A stretch of DNA of 11,731 nt from assembly GCA_964602705.1 (NCBI GenBank), contig CAZRSG010000025.1, positions 5,099 to 16,829 on the forward strand, given 5' to 3'. The notes beneath the pieces are model-generated. The model worked only from the letters and a program-made list of their open reading frames with translations. It had not been told where the DNA came from and searched no databases. This document shows, piece by piece, positions 1 to 7,393 of the stretch. Numbering within the stretch: the stretch's first letter is position 1; each line of letters opens with the position of its first letter. The translations under genes were made by a program, and so were the position numbers. Origin of the DNA: an uncultured Oscillospiraceae bacterium (lineage in GTDB: Bacteria; Bacillota; Clostridia; SK-Y3).

Positions 1-887
1 GTCAATACAAACATATTAAGGAGATGGATTATGTCCAAGATATCCAATATGAAATGGTTAGTAGTGGCAAGCTTTCTTTCGCTAATAAAAGTGATATAAC
101 TACTGTTACAGTTACGGAAGATATCTTAACTATAAAATTAATTGATAAGTCAGGACCGGATATTATGTATATGCCCACTAATGGGCTTGTAATGTCTGAT
201 GATACGGCAGAGGAATTAAGTGTGAAAATTGGGGATATTGTATCCCTTGAACTGCCCCATAATAATAAGAAACACATGATAGAAGTTGCCCATATTTGTG
301 ATGATATTAAGGGTGTTTATCTTAGCCGATCCTTTTGGAGGGATTTGAGTGAAGGTTTTCTACCTACTAATGTATATATTAAGACAGATAATATAGAAAA
401 CCTAACGAGACGCTTTTCTGATTATGATTTTATAGAGTTTTATAAAAACAAAAATGAAACTACTGAGGCAATAATAAACCAACTTGCTACTATTTCTATA
501 ATTGTTTTTCTATTTATTGCTTTTGGGGGTGTCCTCGCATTGGCAGTGCTTTATAATCTTGGTACTATGAGCTTTTTTGAGCAAATAAGAAATCTTGCTA
601 CCTTAATGGTATTAGGATTTTATAATAAAGAAATTAAAAAGTTACTATTAACGGAAAATATAATATTTACTTTTATAGGTGTTCTATTAGGTATTCCCTT
701 GGGGATAAAGCTAACACATGAATTAATGGGTTCTATGGGTGCCTTTAGTATGGTAGTTAAAATAAAGATACTTTCATATTTTATGGCTGGCATTTTAACA
801 GTAGGTTTTGCTTTAATTATTAATGCAATATTAGCTAAAAAAATGCAGCAAATTGATATGTTGGGAGCCCTTAAGAGTATTGAATAA
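1..887 (+). CDS. ABC transporter permease, FtsX/MacB-like family, C-terminal portion (5' end lies left of the window)
   Basis: Track ORF 24..887. The frame stays open from nt 3 to 23 (caa tac aaa cat att aag gag). The AAGGAG at 18-23 abuts the ATG with zero spacing, so M24 is probably internal. The product is a ~160-aa soluble loop-type domain followed by three hydrophobic helices (ATISIIVFLFIAFGGVLALAVLYNL; IIFTFIGVLLGIPLGI; ILSYFMAGILTVGFALIINAIL), with a conserved-looking linker after the first helix (FFEQIRNLATLMVLGF). This is the layout of an FtsX domain. The TM helix that must precede the loop domain is absent, which again argues for truncation. Confidence 0.8.
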   Translation, partial: QYKHIKEMDYVQDIQYEMVSSGKLSFANKSDITTVTVTEDILTIKLIDKSGPDIMYMPTNGLVMSDDTAEELSVKIGDIVSLELPHNNKKHMIEVAHICDDIKGVYLSRSFWRDLSEGFLPTNVYIKTDNIENLTRRFSDYDFIEFYKNKNETTEAIINQLATISIIVFLFIAFGGVLALAVLYNLGTMSFFEQIRNLATLMVLGFYNKEIKKLLLTENIIFTFIGVLLGIPLGIKLTHELMGSMGAFSMVVKIKILSYFMAGILTVGFALIINAILAKKMQQIDMLGALKSIE

Positions 888-911
888 AGTTTAAGGATAG
901 GTGAATGTAAA

Positions 912-2381
912 ATGAATTTTGTAAATTTTAGAAAAATAATAAATCCAATAGTTATACTTACACTACTTGTTATTATAACTACAGCCTGTAGTGGTAAGAC
1001 TTTCTTTAAAAATTCTAAAAGAAATACAATAAGCCCCTTTATAGGTGATATTGATGAAAGTGTTGAAGAAACAGGAATAGTAGTTTTTGATGATGAATAT
1101 TTAATTACTTCTAATTTAAATGCTAAAATAATAGAAAGCTACTTTGTTGAAGGTGACGAAGTTAAGGAGGGTCAGCTTTTATATTCTCTTGATGATATTA
1201 ATTTAAGAAACCAAATAGAACAAGTGAGTATTAGTTTGGAAAAGGCAAATGAGGCATATAGACAAAGTACTAATGCTGCTAATGATTTAATAGTTACTTC
1301 TTATGCAAGTGGCATGGTTGCAGAACTTTATTGTCATGAAGGTGATTATGTTTCCATTGGCAGCAGGATTGCAGATATAGTAGACCTTAATAATCTTATA
1401 TTAAAAGTACCCTTTAATTCATCAGATAAGAAAAATCTATATATCGGGGCTTGTGCTGAAATTACAATGAGCCTTGATGGTTCTATATTATACGGTACTA
1501 TAGATAGTATATACGATTCTACACAGTCATTTGCCGGTGGAAGGTCCGGTGTAATAGTTGAAATTGCTGTTCTTAATCCGGGTGCTTTAAAAGAAGGAGA
1601 TTCTGCTTTTGCCAAAGTTGGTAATATTGTATCTATGTCAAGTGGTGAATTTTCTAATAAGACTAAGCAATCAATATTTGCTACACAGTCCGGCCAGGTA
1701 CAAAGTTTATTAATTGCAGAAGGGGATAGTATAAATAAGGGTATGCAAGTTATGATTATAAAAAACGATAGTATTACTAATGGTGTAAAAAATACTTCCT
1801 TGCAAATAAAGGAAATACAAAGCCAATTATCCCAGCTTAAAAATACATTGTCTGACTATCAAATTCTTTCTCCTATTGATGGTGTAGTTACCAAGAAGTT
1901 ATCCAAAGAATCAGATTATGCAGTACCTAATAATCCACTTGCTATAATTGCCGATTTAGGTAATTTATATGTTGATACTGATATAGATGAACTTTACATT
2001 AAGAGAATATCCTTGGGTCAAGTTGCTAATCTTAGCCTGCAAGGTTCACATGATAGGCTTTATCATGGTAGTGTTACAAAAATAGATGATGTTGGGGTGG
2101 CTAAGAACGGGGTAACCTATTATACTGTAAGAATTAAGTTAAATGATTTTGATAATCTAATGGTAGCTATGAATGTGGATGTTAAGATAAGAACCAATTC
2201 CAAGCAGGATGTTTTGCTAATACCTATCAAGGCTGTAAGTAATGGCAAGGTTAATATCCTTCAAGATAATAAGGTAATTGAAAATAAAGTTACAATGGGA
2301 ATTCAAGATAAGGAATATGTAGAAATAATAGATGGCCTTAATATAGATGATAAAATTATATTGGGAGGGAATAATAAGTGA
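912..2381 (+). CDS. HlyD-family membrane fusion protein / efflux adaptor subunit, apparently with a duplicated lipoyl-hairpin-barrel unit
   Basis: 489-aa ORF with SD AGGTGA (899-904) 7 nt before ATG 912. It has an N-terminal hydrophobic anchor (IVILTLLVIITTAC). Adaptor hallmarks are present: AKIIESYFVEGDEVKEGQLLYSLD (lipoyl half), short heptad-like segments (INLRNQIEQVSISLEKANEAYRQ; LQIKEIQSQLSQLKNTLSDYQ), ILSPIDGVVTKK (second lipoyl half), and the C-terminal membrane-proximal pattern DVLLIPIKAV...VEIIDGLNIDDKIIL. It lies 24 nt downstream of the FtsX-type permease. Confidence 0.8.
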   Translation: MNFVNFRKIINPIVILTLLVIITTACSGKTFFKNSKRNTISPFIGDIDESVEETGIVVFDDEYLITSNLNAKIIESYFVEGDEVKEGQLLYSLDDINLRNQIEQVSISLEKANEAYRQSTNAANDLIVTSYASGMVAELYCHEGDYVSIGSRIADIVDLNNLILKVPFNSSDKKNLYIGACAEITMSLDGSILYGTIDSIYDSTQSFAGGRSGVIVEIAVLNPGALKEGDSAFAKVGNIVSMSSGEFSNKTKQSIFATQSGQVQSLLIAEGDSINKGMQVMIIKNDSITNGVKNTSLQIKEIQSQLSQLKNTLSDYQILSPIDGVVTKKLSKESDYAVPNNPLAIIADLGNLYVDTDIDELYIKRISLGQVANLSLQGSHDRLYHGSVTKIDDVGVAKNGVTYYTVRIKLNDFDNLMVAMNVDVKIRTNSKQDVLLIPIKAVSNGKVNILQDNKVIENKVTMGIQDKEYVEIIDGLNIDDKIILGGNNK

Positions 2382-4858
2382 AAAAATATTTAAATATAGT
2401 ATTAAGTCTTATTTTTATAAGCATAATATCTTTTTCTTATAAGGTAATTGCAGTTGACTTTAAAGACCATGAGGCAAAAAACTTTGTTAAGCAGCTTAAA
2501 ATAATGCAGGGTGATCCTAATGGAGATTTTAGGGATAATGATATCCTATCAAGGGAAGAGTTTGTTAAGATAACAGTTGCAGTAGTTGAACCTGATTTTC
2601 TTCCTATAAGTAGTATATCACCGTATAAAGATGTTCCATATTACTATTGGTCATCTGCTTATATAGGAAGGGCAAGTGACCTTGGATATTTTACCGGTTA
2701 CCCTGATGGTTCATTTAAACCTTATGAAAATGTTTTACCTGAACAGGTTTGCAAGGTGATGTTAAAACTTTTAGGCTATGATACGGAAAATACTACAGGT
2801 AACTGGGCTGAAACACAGATTGCTTTTGCAAAAGATAAGGCCTTATTGGATGGTGTTAATTATGAAATAGGGCTACCTATTTCAAGGCTTGATACCGCTA
2901 AAATTATTCAAAATACCTTGCTGTCAAAAGTAAATAATCTGCCACAATTTTATATTGAAGATATTAATTATAGATATTATGAGGATGCTACAATTATATC
3001 TGATAATAATGTTCAATCAGGCTATGTTTTAACGAGCGTAGGAACATTTAAAAAGGGTAATATAAGTGATAATGATATTGCTAAAAAAGGGGGTATTGTT
3101 ATCAATAAAGATGATGAAGTTATATTTTTTAGCCCCCAAACCCAATCATACAAAGAATATATTGTTCAACAAGCACTACCGGATAGGCTTTCTTTATATG
3201 ATAACGATAATTCTATGCTTACCCTAATGGTTAATAAGGATATACTTGTATATGATGGTAATAAGCAAGGTTTATATGGTCAAATATTTCAAACTATAGT
3301 TAAAGGTAGTACAATAAAGTTTGTTTATGATAAAGATGGTATATTAGATTATTTAACCCTTTCCGATATGACCCGTGCAAATGATTATTATAATTATATT
3401 ATTAAGTCTGTTTTACCTGACGGTTTAATTTTTTTTAGTCAAGATGGTGATAAGTTTATAAAATGTGATAATGATATTACTGTTTATGAGGGGGATATAA
3501 CTACTATATATCAAAATATTGTAACGTCTTTATCACTTGGAGATAAAGTAGGTGTATACTATGATATACTTGATCAAATAAAATATCTTACTATTACAAG
3601 GAATGCTATTGGTGAACCTATTACTAATATTAATGAAAGTTTTAAAAGAAGGTTTAATTTAAGTGATAAAACTACAATTAGCCGTGATGGGATTTTATCA
3701 ACAATAGATGAAATCCAAGATTATGATATTTGCTACTATATTCAAGAGGCTGATACAGCTCTTATATATAGTAAAAAGGTTACCGGCATCTATGAAAATG
3801 CATTGCCCAATAAGGATAACATTAGAAAGATAATCTTATCAGGTAAGCAATATGATATATCCGGAATTAATGCTTTTAATAAATTATCCGGTAAAGGTAA
3901 TATATTATTTGGCGATACCATAAGGATACTATTGGATAAGGACAATAAGATTGCAGATGTTTTTCAGTTGTCAGACAATGAAAGTTTAGTAGGATTTTTA
4001 ATGGATACGGGAACTAAAACCAGGATTGATGAAAATGATAATAGACACATAGAGTATTACGCTACGATATTACTGACTAACGGGACAAGTGAGGATTATG
4101 TTACCAGCGATGATTACAATAAATATATCGGAAAAGTTGTAAAGGTTTTATTTAATAATGGCAATGCCAATATAAGTAGTTTACAAGTTAGCAATACCTT
4201 ATATGGAACTTTTAATTGGTATGATAGAACTTTTGCTTCCTATGAAATTGCTGATACTATAAATATTATAGATGTTGCTAACCACAATGATTATTCCATT
4301 GGTAGGGGTATGAAAGTCTTTCCACAAAGAATTAATAATACTAAGCTTGATTCCGGCGATATATTATATATTCACAAAAATCAACATAATGTAATAACTG
4401 ATATTATCTTAAATGATTACACTAATGATTTATATGAATATGGCATAGTTTTAAAAAGTGAAAATATATCTAATTCTATGGTGCTTCAAGGTATATATGA
4501 TTTAAATATAGGTGGGAATAATATAAAAGTTCAAACTCCAAATTCCATATATTCTATTTATGCAGGCAATCCGATAAAAGTTGATTTTGAAAATAATCTA
4601 CCTATAACCATGGCAGCATTGGATAAATTAAAGACTCCTATAAGCAAGGTGGATGATTTATATCTTTATTCTTATGATAAAAGATATTTAATTAGCCAGG
4701 ATATATTAGTCTACCAAAAGGTAATTAATACTTCTTATGATGGTTTACGGTACAAAGTTATTCCTATTAGTAAGATAGATTATAGTAAAAACTTAACTGC
4801 ATACTATGATAAGGCTGAAGAAAATGGTGGTAGGATAAGGGTCATTCTTGTATCTTAA
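2378..4858 (+). CDS. Secreted S-layer-homology (SLH) domain protein with a large uncharacterised repeat region
   Basis: 826-aa ORF. The GTG start at 2378 overlaps the adaptor's TGA stop (GTGA) and is preceded by a strong SD, GGGAGGG (2363-2369), with an 8-nt spacer. The next in-frame Met (aa 43) would delete the signal peptide. The Sec-type signal is MKKYLNIVLSLIFISIISFSYKVIA, followed by VD. Three SLH-like modules are visible (see separate feature). The rest has no motif I can name. Confidence 0.75.
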   Translation: MKKYLNIVLSLIFISIISFSYKVIAVDFKDHEAKNFVKQLKIMQGDPNGDFRDNDILSREEFVKITVAVVEPDFLPISSISPYKDVPYYYWSSAYIGRASDLGYFTGYPDGSFKPYENVLPEQVCKVMLKLLGYDTENTTGNWAETQIAFAKDKALLDGVNYEIGLPISRLDTAKIIQNTLLSKVNNLPQFYIEDINYRYYEDATIISDNNVQSGYVLTSVGTFKKGNISDNDIAKKGGIVINKDDEVIFFSPQTQSYKEYIVQQALPDRLSLYDNDNSMLTLMVNKDILVYDGNKQGLYGQIFQTIVKGSTIKFVYDKDGILDYLTLSDMTRANDYYNYIIKSVLPDGLIFFSQDGDKFIKCDNDITVYEGDITTIYQNIVTSLSLGDKVGVYYDILDQIKYLTITRNAIGEPITNINESFKRRFNLSDKTTISRDGILSTIDEIQDYDICYYIQEADTALIYSKKVTGIYENALPNKDNIRKIILSGKQYDISGINAFNKLSGKGNILFGDTIRILLDKDNKIADVFQLSDNESLVGFLMDTGTKTRIDENDNRHIEYYATILLTNGTSEDYVTSDDYNKYIGKVVKVLFNNGNANISSLQVSNTLYGTFNWYDRTFASYEIADTINIIDVANHNDYSIGRGMKVFPQRINNTKLDSGDILYIHKNQHNVITDIILNDYTNDLYEYGIVLKSENISNSMVLQGIYDLNIGGNNIKVQTPNSIYSIYAGNPIKVDFENNLPITMAALDKLKTPISKVDDLYLYSYDKRYLISQDILVYQKVINTSYDGLRYKVIPISKIDYSKNLTAYYDKAEENGGRIRVILVS
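2453..2932 (+). other. Three tandem SLH modules (protein-domain region, aa ~26-185 of the 826-aa protein)
   Basis: The best module is YKDVPYYYWSSAYIGRASDLGYFTGYPDGSFKPYENVLPEQVCKVMLKLLGY. It fits the SLH pattern (F/Y-x-D-V...W...I...G...G-Y-x-D-G-x-F-x-P...aliphatic helix). Two degenerate copies flank it: FKDHEAKNFVKQLKIMQGDPNGDFRDNDILSREEFVKITV and GNWAETQIAFAKDKALLDGVNYEIGLPISRLDTAKIIQNTL. A three-module N-terminal SLH anchor is the classical arrangement. Confidence 0.7.
3149..3601 (+). repeat. Protein-level tandem repeat pair (~72 aa each; aa 258-330 and 337-408) inside the SLH protein
   Basis: Aligned by eye: YKEYIVQQALPDRLSLYDNDNSMLTLMVNKDILVYDGNKQGLYGQIFQTIVKGSTIKFVYDKDGILDYLTLSD against YYNYIIKSVLPDGLIFFSQDGDKFIKCDN-DITVYEGDITTIYQNIVTSLSLGDKVGVYYDILDQIKYLTITRN. 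About 20 positions are identical with a single 1-residue gap (Y..YI...LPD.L, DI.VY.G, Y.D....YLT). A third, weaker copy lies at aa 466-533 (nt 3773-3976): KKVTGIYENALPNKD...ADVFQLSD. The repeats are diverged at DNA level. Confidence 0.55.
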
Positions 4859-4881
4859 ACCGATAAACTTAACTTTCAGGT

Positions 4882-5619
4882 TTATTTATAATAAGATTCC
4901 ACTAAATACAAACCTTGTGCAGGGGCAGTTATCCCTGCCTTTGTTCTATCCCTTGATTTTATTATATCTGATAAATCTTCTAATCTTATTTTTCTATTGC
5001 CTATGTAAATTAGGGTACCGACTATTATCCTTACCATATTATAAAGGAAACCATCAGCTGATATTTCAATACTTATTTTATCTTCTTTTTGTCCAACATT
5101 AATATCAAATATATTACGTATTGTTCCCTTTATACTACTACCTGATGCCATAAATGCTTTAAAGTCGTGGTATCCGATAAAAATATTACTTGCCTTTTTT
5201 ACTAAATCTATGTCTACCTTATATGGGTAATGCCATGAATAGTCTTGCTCAAAGGCTGAGGGTAGACCCCTATTTAAAATCCTATACCTATATTTTTTAC
5301 CTATGCAATCGTTAAGGGAGTCAAAATCTATACTTGCATTTTTACAATCTAATACAACAATATCTTTAGCTAGGATACTATTCATGCCTTGAACTATGCT
5401 GCTTTCTTTAACCTTGCTTTCAACATAAAAGTTACATATAAAGCTTAGTGCATGTACACCGGCATCTGTTCTTCCACAGCCTCTAACTATTACCTTTTGT
5501 TTAAAAAACTTTTCTAATGAGTTTTCTAATACTTCTTGTATAGTTATTGCATTTATTTGTCTTTGCCAACCGTGATAATTCTTACCATCATATTGTATTT
5601 TTAGGATTATATTTCTCAA
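4882..5619 (-). CDS. truA: tRNA pseudouridine(38-40) synthase TruA
   Basis: 245 aa. Contains the catalytic-Asp motif GCGRTDAGVHA, an N-terminus YDGKNYHGWQRQ, and C-terminal FLYNMVRIIVGTL and APAQGLYL. All are typical TruA blocks. TTG start at 5617-5619 with SD AGGTGG and an 8-nt spacer. It follows ecfT, which is the canonical position. Confidence 0.95.
   Translation of the reverse strand: MRNIILKIQYDGKNYHGWQRQINAITIQEVLENSLEKFFKQKVIVRGCGRTDAGVHALSFICNFYVESKVKESSIVQGMNSILAKDIVVLDCKNASIDFDSLNDCIGKKYRYRILNRGLPSAFEQDYSWHYPYKVDIDLVKKASNIFIGYHDFKAFMASGSSIKGTIRNIFDINVGQKEDKISIEISADGFLYNMVRIIVGTLIYIGNRKIRLEDLSDIIKSRDRTKAGITAPAQGLYLVESYYK
4919..4946 (+). terminator. Candidate weak intrinsic terminator for the plus-strand operon, embedded in the 3' end of truA
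   Basis: 6-bp GC-rich stem gcaggg (4919-4924) / ccctgc (4933-4938) with an 8-nt loop, followed by cTTTgTTcT. It starts 61 nt after the SLH gene stop. It is the only GC-rich hairpin I see near the convergent junction. The U-tract is poor, and the sequence also encodes the conserved TruA segment TAPAQGL. Confidence 0.25.
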
Positions 5620-5726
5620 TTATTAAACCACCTACATTCCCCTGATAATCTGCACCTATGCTTTTTTAATATAAGTTCTTGTAAAATCACTATAGTTTTA
5701 TAGACATATAATAGCTTATAATTAGC

Positions 5727-6533
5727 TTAATATTTAAACTGTCTTGTGAAAAATAAGACTGAAATTAATATTACTGTTAATATTGCAGCAAGATAATCTC
5801 TATTGGCCATCTTTAATTGTTTCATCCTTGTCCTATTTTCCCCTCCCCTATAACACCGTGATTCCATCGCTATAGCTAACTCATCTGCCCGTCTAAAGGC
5901 ACTGATAAATAAAGGTACCAATAAGGGTACTAAGCTTTTTGCCCTTTTTAGTAAGTTTCCACTTTCAAAATCTGCACCTCTTGCCATTTGTGCCTTCATA
6001 ATTTTATCTGTTTCTTCTAACAGTGTTGGTATAAATCTTAAGGCTATCGTCATCATCATTGCTAATTCGTGGGCAGGTATACCTATTTTCTTAAAAGGGT
6101 TTAGTAAATTTTCAATCCCATCAGTAAGTGAAATAGGTGAAGTTGTAAATGTAAGCATTGATGTACCAAGTACTAAAAATATTAGTCTTAGGGTCATTAA
6201 AATAGCCATTTTTATACCCTCTCGGCTGGCTATTAAGGGTCCAATGCTAAAGGCTTTAGTCCCGCTTGTCATAAATATATTAATACCAGCTGTGAATATA
6301 ACTATATAAATTAAAGGCCTTAAGCCTTTAAATATAAACTTTAAGGGAACTTTAGAAACATATATTATAGTGAATGTGAATATAGCAAATATAAGATAAC
6401 CTAAGAAGTTTTTTATAATAAATAATGCCATAATATATAATAGGGTAATAATTATCTTCATCCTTGCATCCAGTTTATGTATATATGTTTCCCCAGGAAA
6501 ATATTGACCTAATGTTATATCTTTTAGCATCAT
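5727..6533 (-). CDS. ecfT: Energy-coupling factor (ECF) transporter transmembrane subunit EcfT
   Basis: 268 aa and polytopic. Opens with [20 protein letters not shown] and contains the coupling-helix motifs ARGADF and [11 protein letters not shown] typical of EcfT/CbiQ. The ATG overlaps the ecfA2 TGA stop (ATGA, 6530-6533). Confidence 0.9.
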   Translation of the reverse strand: MMLKDITLGQYFPGETYIHKLDARMKIIITLLYIMALFIIKNFLGYLIFAIFTFTIIYVSKVPLKFIFKGLRPLIYIVIFTAGINIFMTSGTKAFSIGPLIASREGIKMAILMTLRLIFLVLGTSMLTFTTSPISLTDGIENLLNPFKKIGIPAHELAMMMTIALRFIPTLLEETDKIMKAQMARGADFESGNLLKRAKSLVPLLVPLFISAFRRADELAIAMESRCYRGGENRTRMKQLKMANRDYLAAILTVILISVLFFTRQFKY

Positions 6534-7393
6534 TTGCCACCAGCCTTTTCTGCAATTAGTTGTAATAATTCCTTCTTTGCTTGCTCAATAGTATATATAT
6601 CGCCCTTAATATTAATCCCTTTTTCTTTTAGTTTACCTATCACTTTAGTAATTTGAGGAACGGATAGCCCAATATTTTCTAAGCCTTTGCTATTTTTATA
6701 TATATCGCCGGGTCTTCCATCCATAACAATCCTGCCTTTATCCATAACTAAAATCCTGTCTACTAAACGTGCAACGTCTTCCATGCTATGTGATACTAAT
6801 ATTACTGTCACATTATGTTTTTCGTGCAATTGTTTTATCTTATACAATATATCATCCCTACCAGCTGGGTCTAAACCTGCGGTCGGCTCGTCTAATATTA
6901 ATATCTTTGGCTCCATTGCTAAAACTCCTGCAATAGCAACCCGCCTTTTTTGACCACCTGATAATTCAAATGGAGACCTTTCAAGTAATTGTTGGCTTAT
7001 ACCTACTACTTCTATAGCCTTATAAACCCTTTCCTTTACTTCTTCTTCTGATAATTCCATATTTAAGGGACCAAATGCTATATCTTTATATACTGTTTCT
7101 TCAAATAATTGATGTTCCGGATATTGGAATACTAAACCAACCTTATTTCGAATTTGTTTAAGTTTAATAGCCTTATTTGTTATTTCAATATTATCTATAA
7201 TTATTTTACCATGTGATGGTTTTAATAAGCCGTTCAAATGTTGTACAAGGGTAGATTTACCGGAACCGGTATGACCAATTAAACCAATAAATTCACCCTC
7301 ATTAATTTCTAAATTTATATCATTTAAGGCTTCTTTTTCAAATGGACCACCTTTCATATAGGTATAACTTATATCTTGTAAGTGTATTAGCAT
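6530..7393 (-). CDS. ecfA2: ECF transporter ATP-binding subunit EcfA2
   Basis: 287 aa. Walker [10 protein letters not shown], signature [13 protein letters not shown], Walker [14 protein letters not shown]-loop VSHSM. The N-terminal [16 protein letters not shown] block is typical of EcfA2. The start ATG shares one base with the ecfA1 TAA stop (TAATG at 7391-7395). Confidence 0.9.
   Translation of the reverse strand: MLIHLQDISYTYMKGGPFEKEALNDINLEINEGEFIGLIGHTGSGKSTLVQHLNGLLKPSHGKIIIDNIEITNKAIKLKQIRNKVGLVFQYPEHQLFEETVYKDIAFGPLNMELSEEEVKERVYKAIEVVGISQQLLERSPFELSGGQKRRVAIAGVLAMEPKILILDEPTAGLDPAGRDDILYKIKQLHEKHNVTVILVSHSMEDVARLVDRILVMDKGRIVMDGRPGDIYKNSKGLENIGLSVPQITKVIGKLKEKGINIKGDIYTIEQAKKELLQLIAEKAGGK

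Noticed and set aside
24-26. ATG at 24 as the true start of the permease gene
   Set aside because: The frame is open back to nt 3. The AAGGAG at 18-23 has zero spacing to the ATG. A protein starting here would lack the first TM helix that an FtsX-type permease needs before its loop domain. I treat it as an internal Met of a gene truncated by the window edge.
29-277. 82-aa minus-strand ORF antisense to the permease
   Set aside because: It is entirely nested antisense in a recognisable coding region. It has no SD and a low-complexity S/I/T-rich product. This is a typical shadow ORF in AT-rich DNA.
905-910. ATG-TAA start-stop mini-ORF immediately upstream of the adaptor ATG
   Set aside because: The SD AGGTGA ends at 904, which gives this ATG zero spacing but gives the real ATG at 912 an ideal 7-nt spacing. 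It is most simply a chance trinucleotide pair in the spacer.
1346-1615. 89-aa minus-strand ORF antisense to the HlyD adaptor
   Set aside because: It is nested antisense in a well-supported gene, with no SD and no recognisable motifs. Shadow ORF.
2378-4858. Reading the SLH protein as an OmpM/TolC-like outer-membrane beta-barrel of a diderm Firmicute
   Set aside because: It has three SLH modules, whereas OmpM-type anchors typically have one followed by a coiled coil. It has no C-terminal aromatic residue (it ends ...RVILVS). The C-terminal region looks like discrete soluble repeats rather than a continuous amphipathic barrel. The ribosomal cluster looks Clostridia-like. This cannot be fully excluded without the genome.
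4848-5102. 84-aa plus-strand ORF overlapping the 3' half of truA
   Set aside because: It is antisense to an unmistakable truA. The product is a low-complexity L/Y/F-rich string and there is no SD. Shadow ORF.
5620-5726. 107-nt ecfT-truA spacer with two TAGGTG copies on the minus strand (5653-5658 and 5629-5634), considered as a regulatory leader or small ORF
   Set aside because: The proximal copy is simply the truA SD. The distal one is followed only by ATG-TAG. I found no stable hairpin and no convincing -35/-10 pair. There is not enough evidence to call anything here.
6687-6953. 88-aa plus-strand ORF antisense to ecfA2
   Set aside because: It is nested antisense in a gene with complete Walker A/B and signature motifs. 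Shadow ORF.
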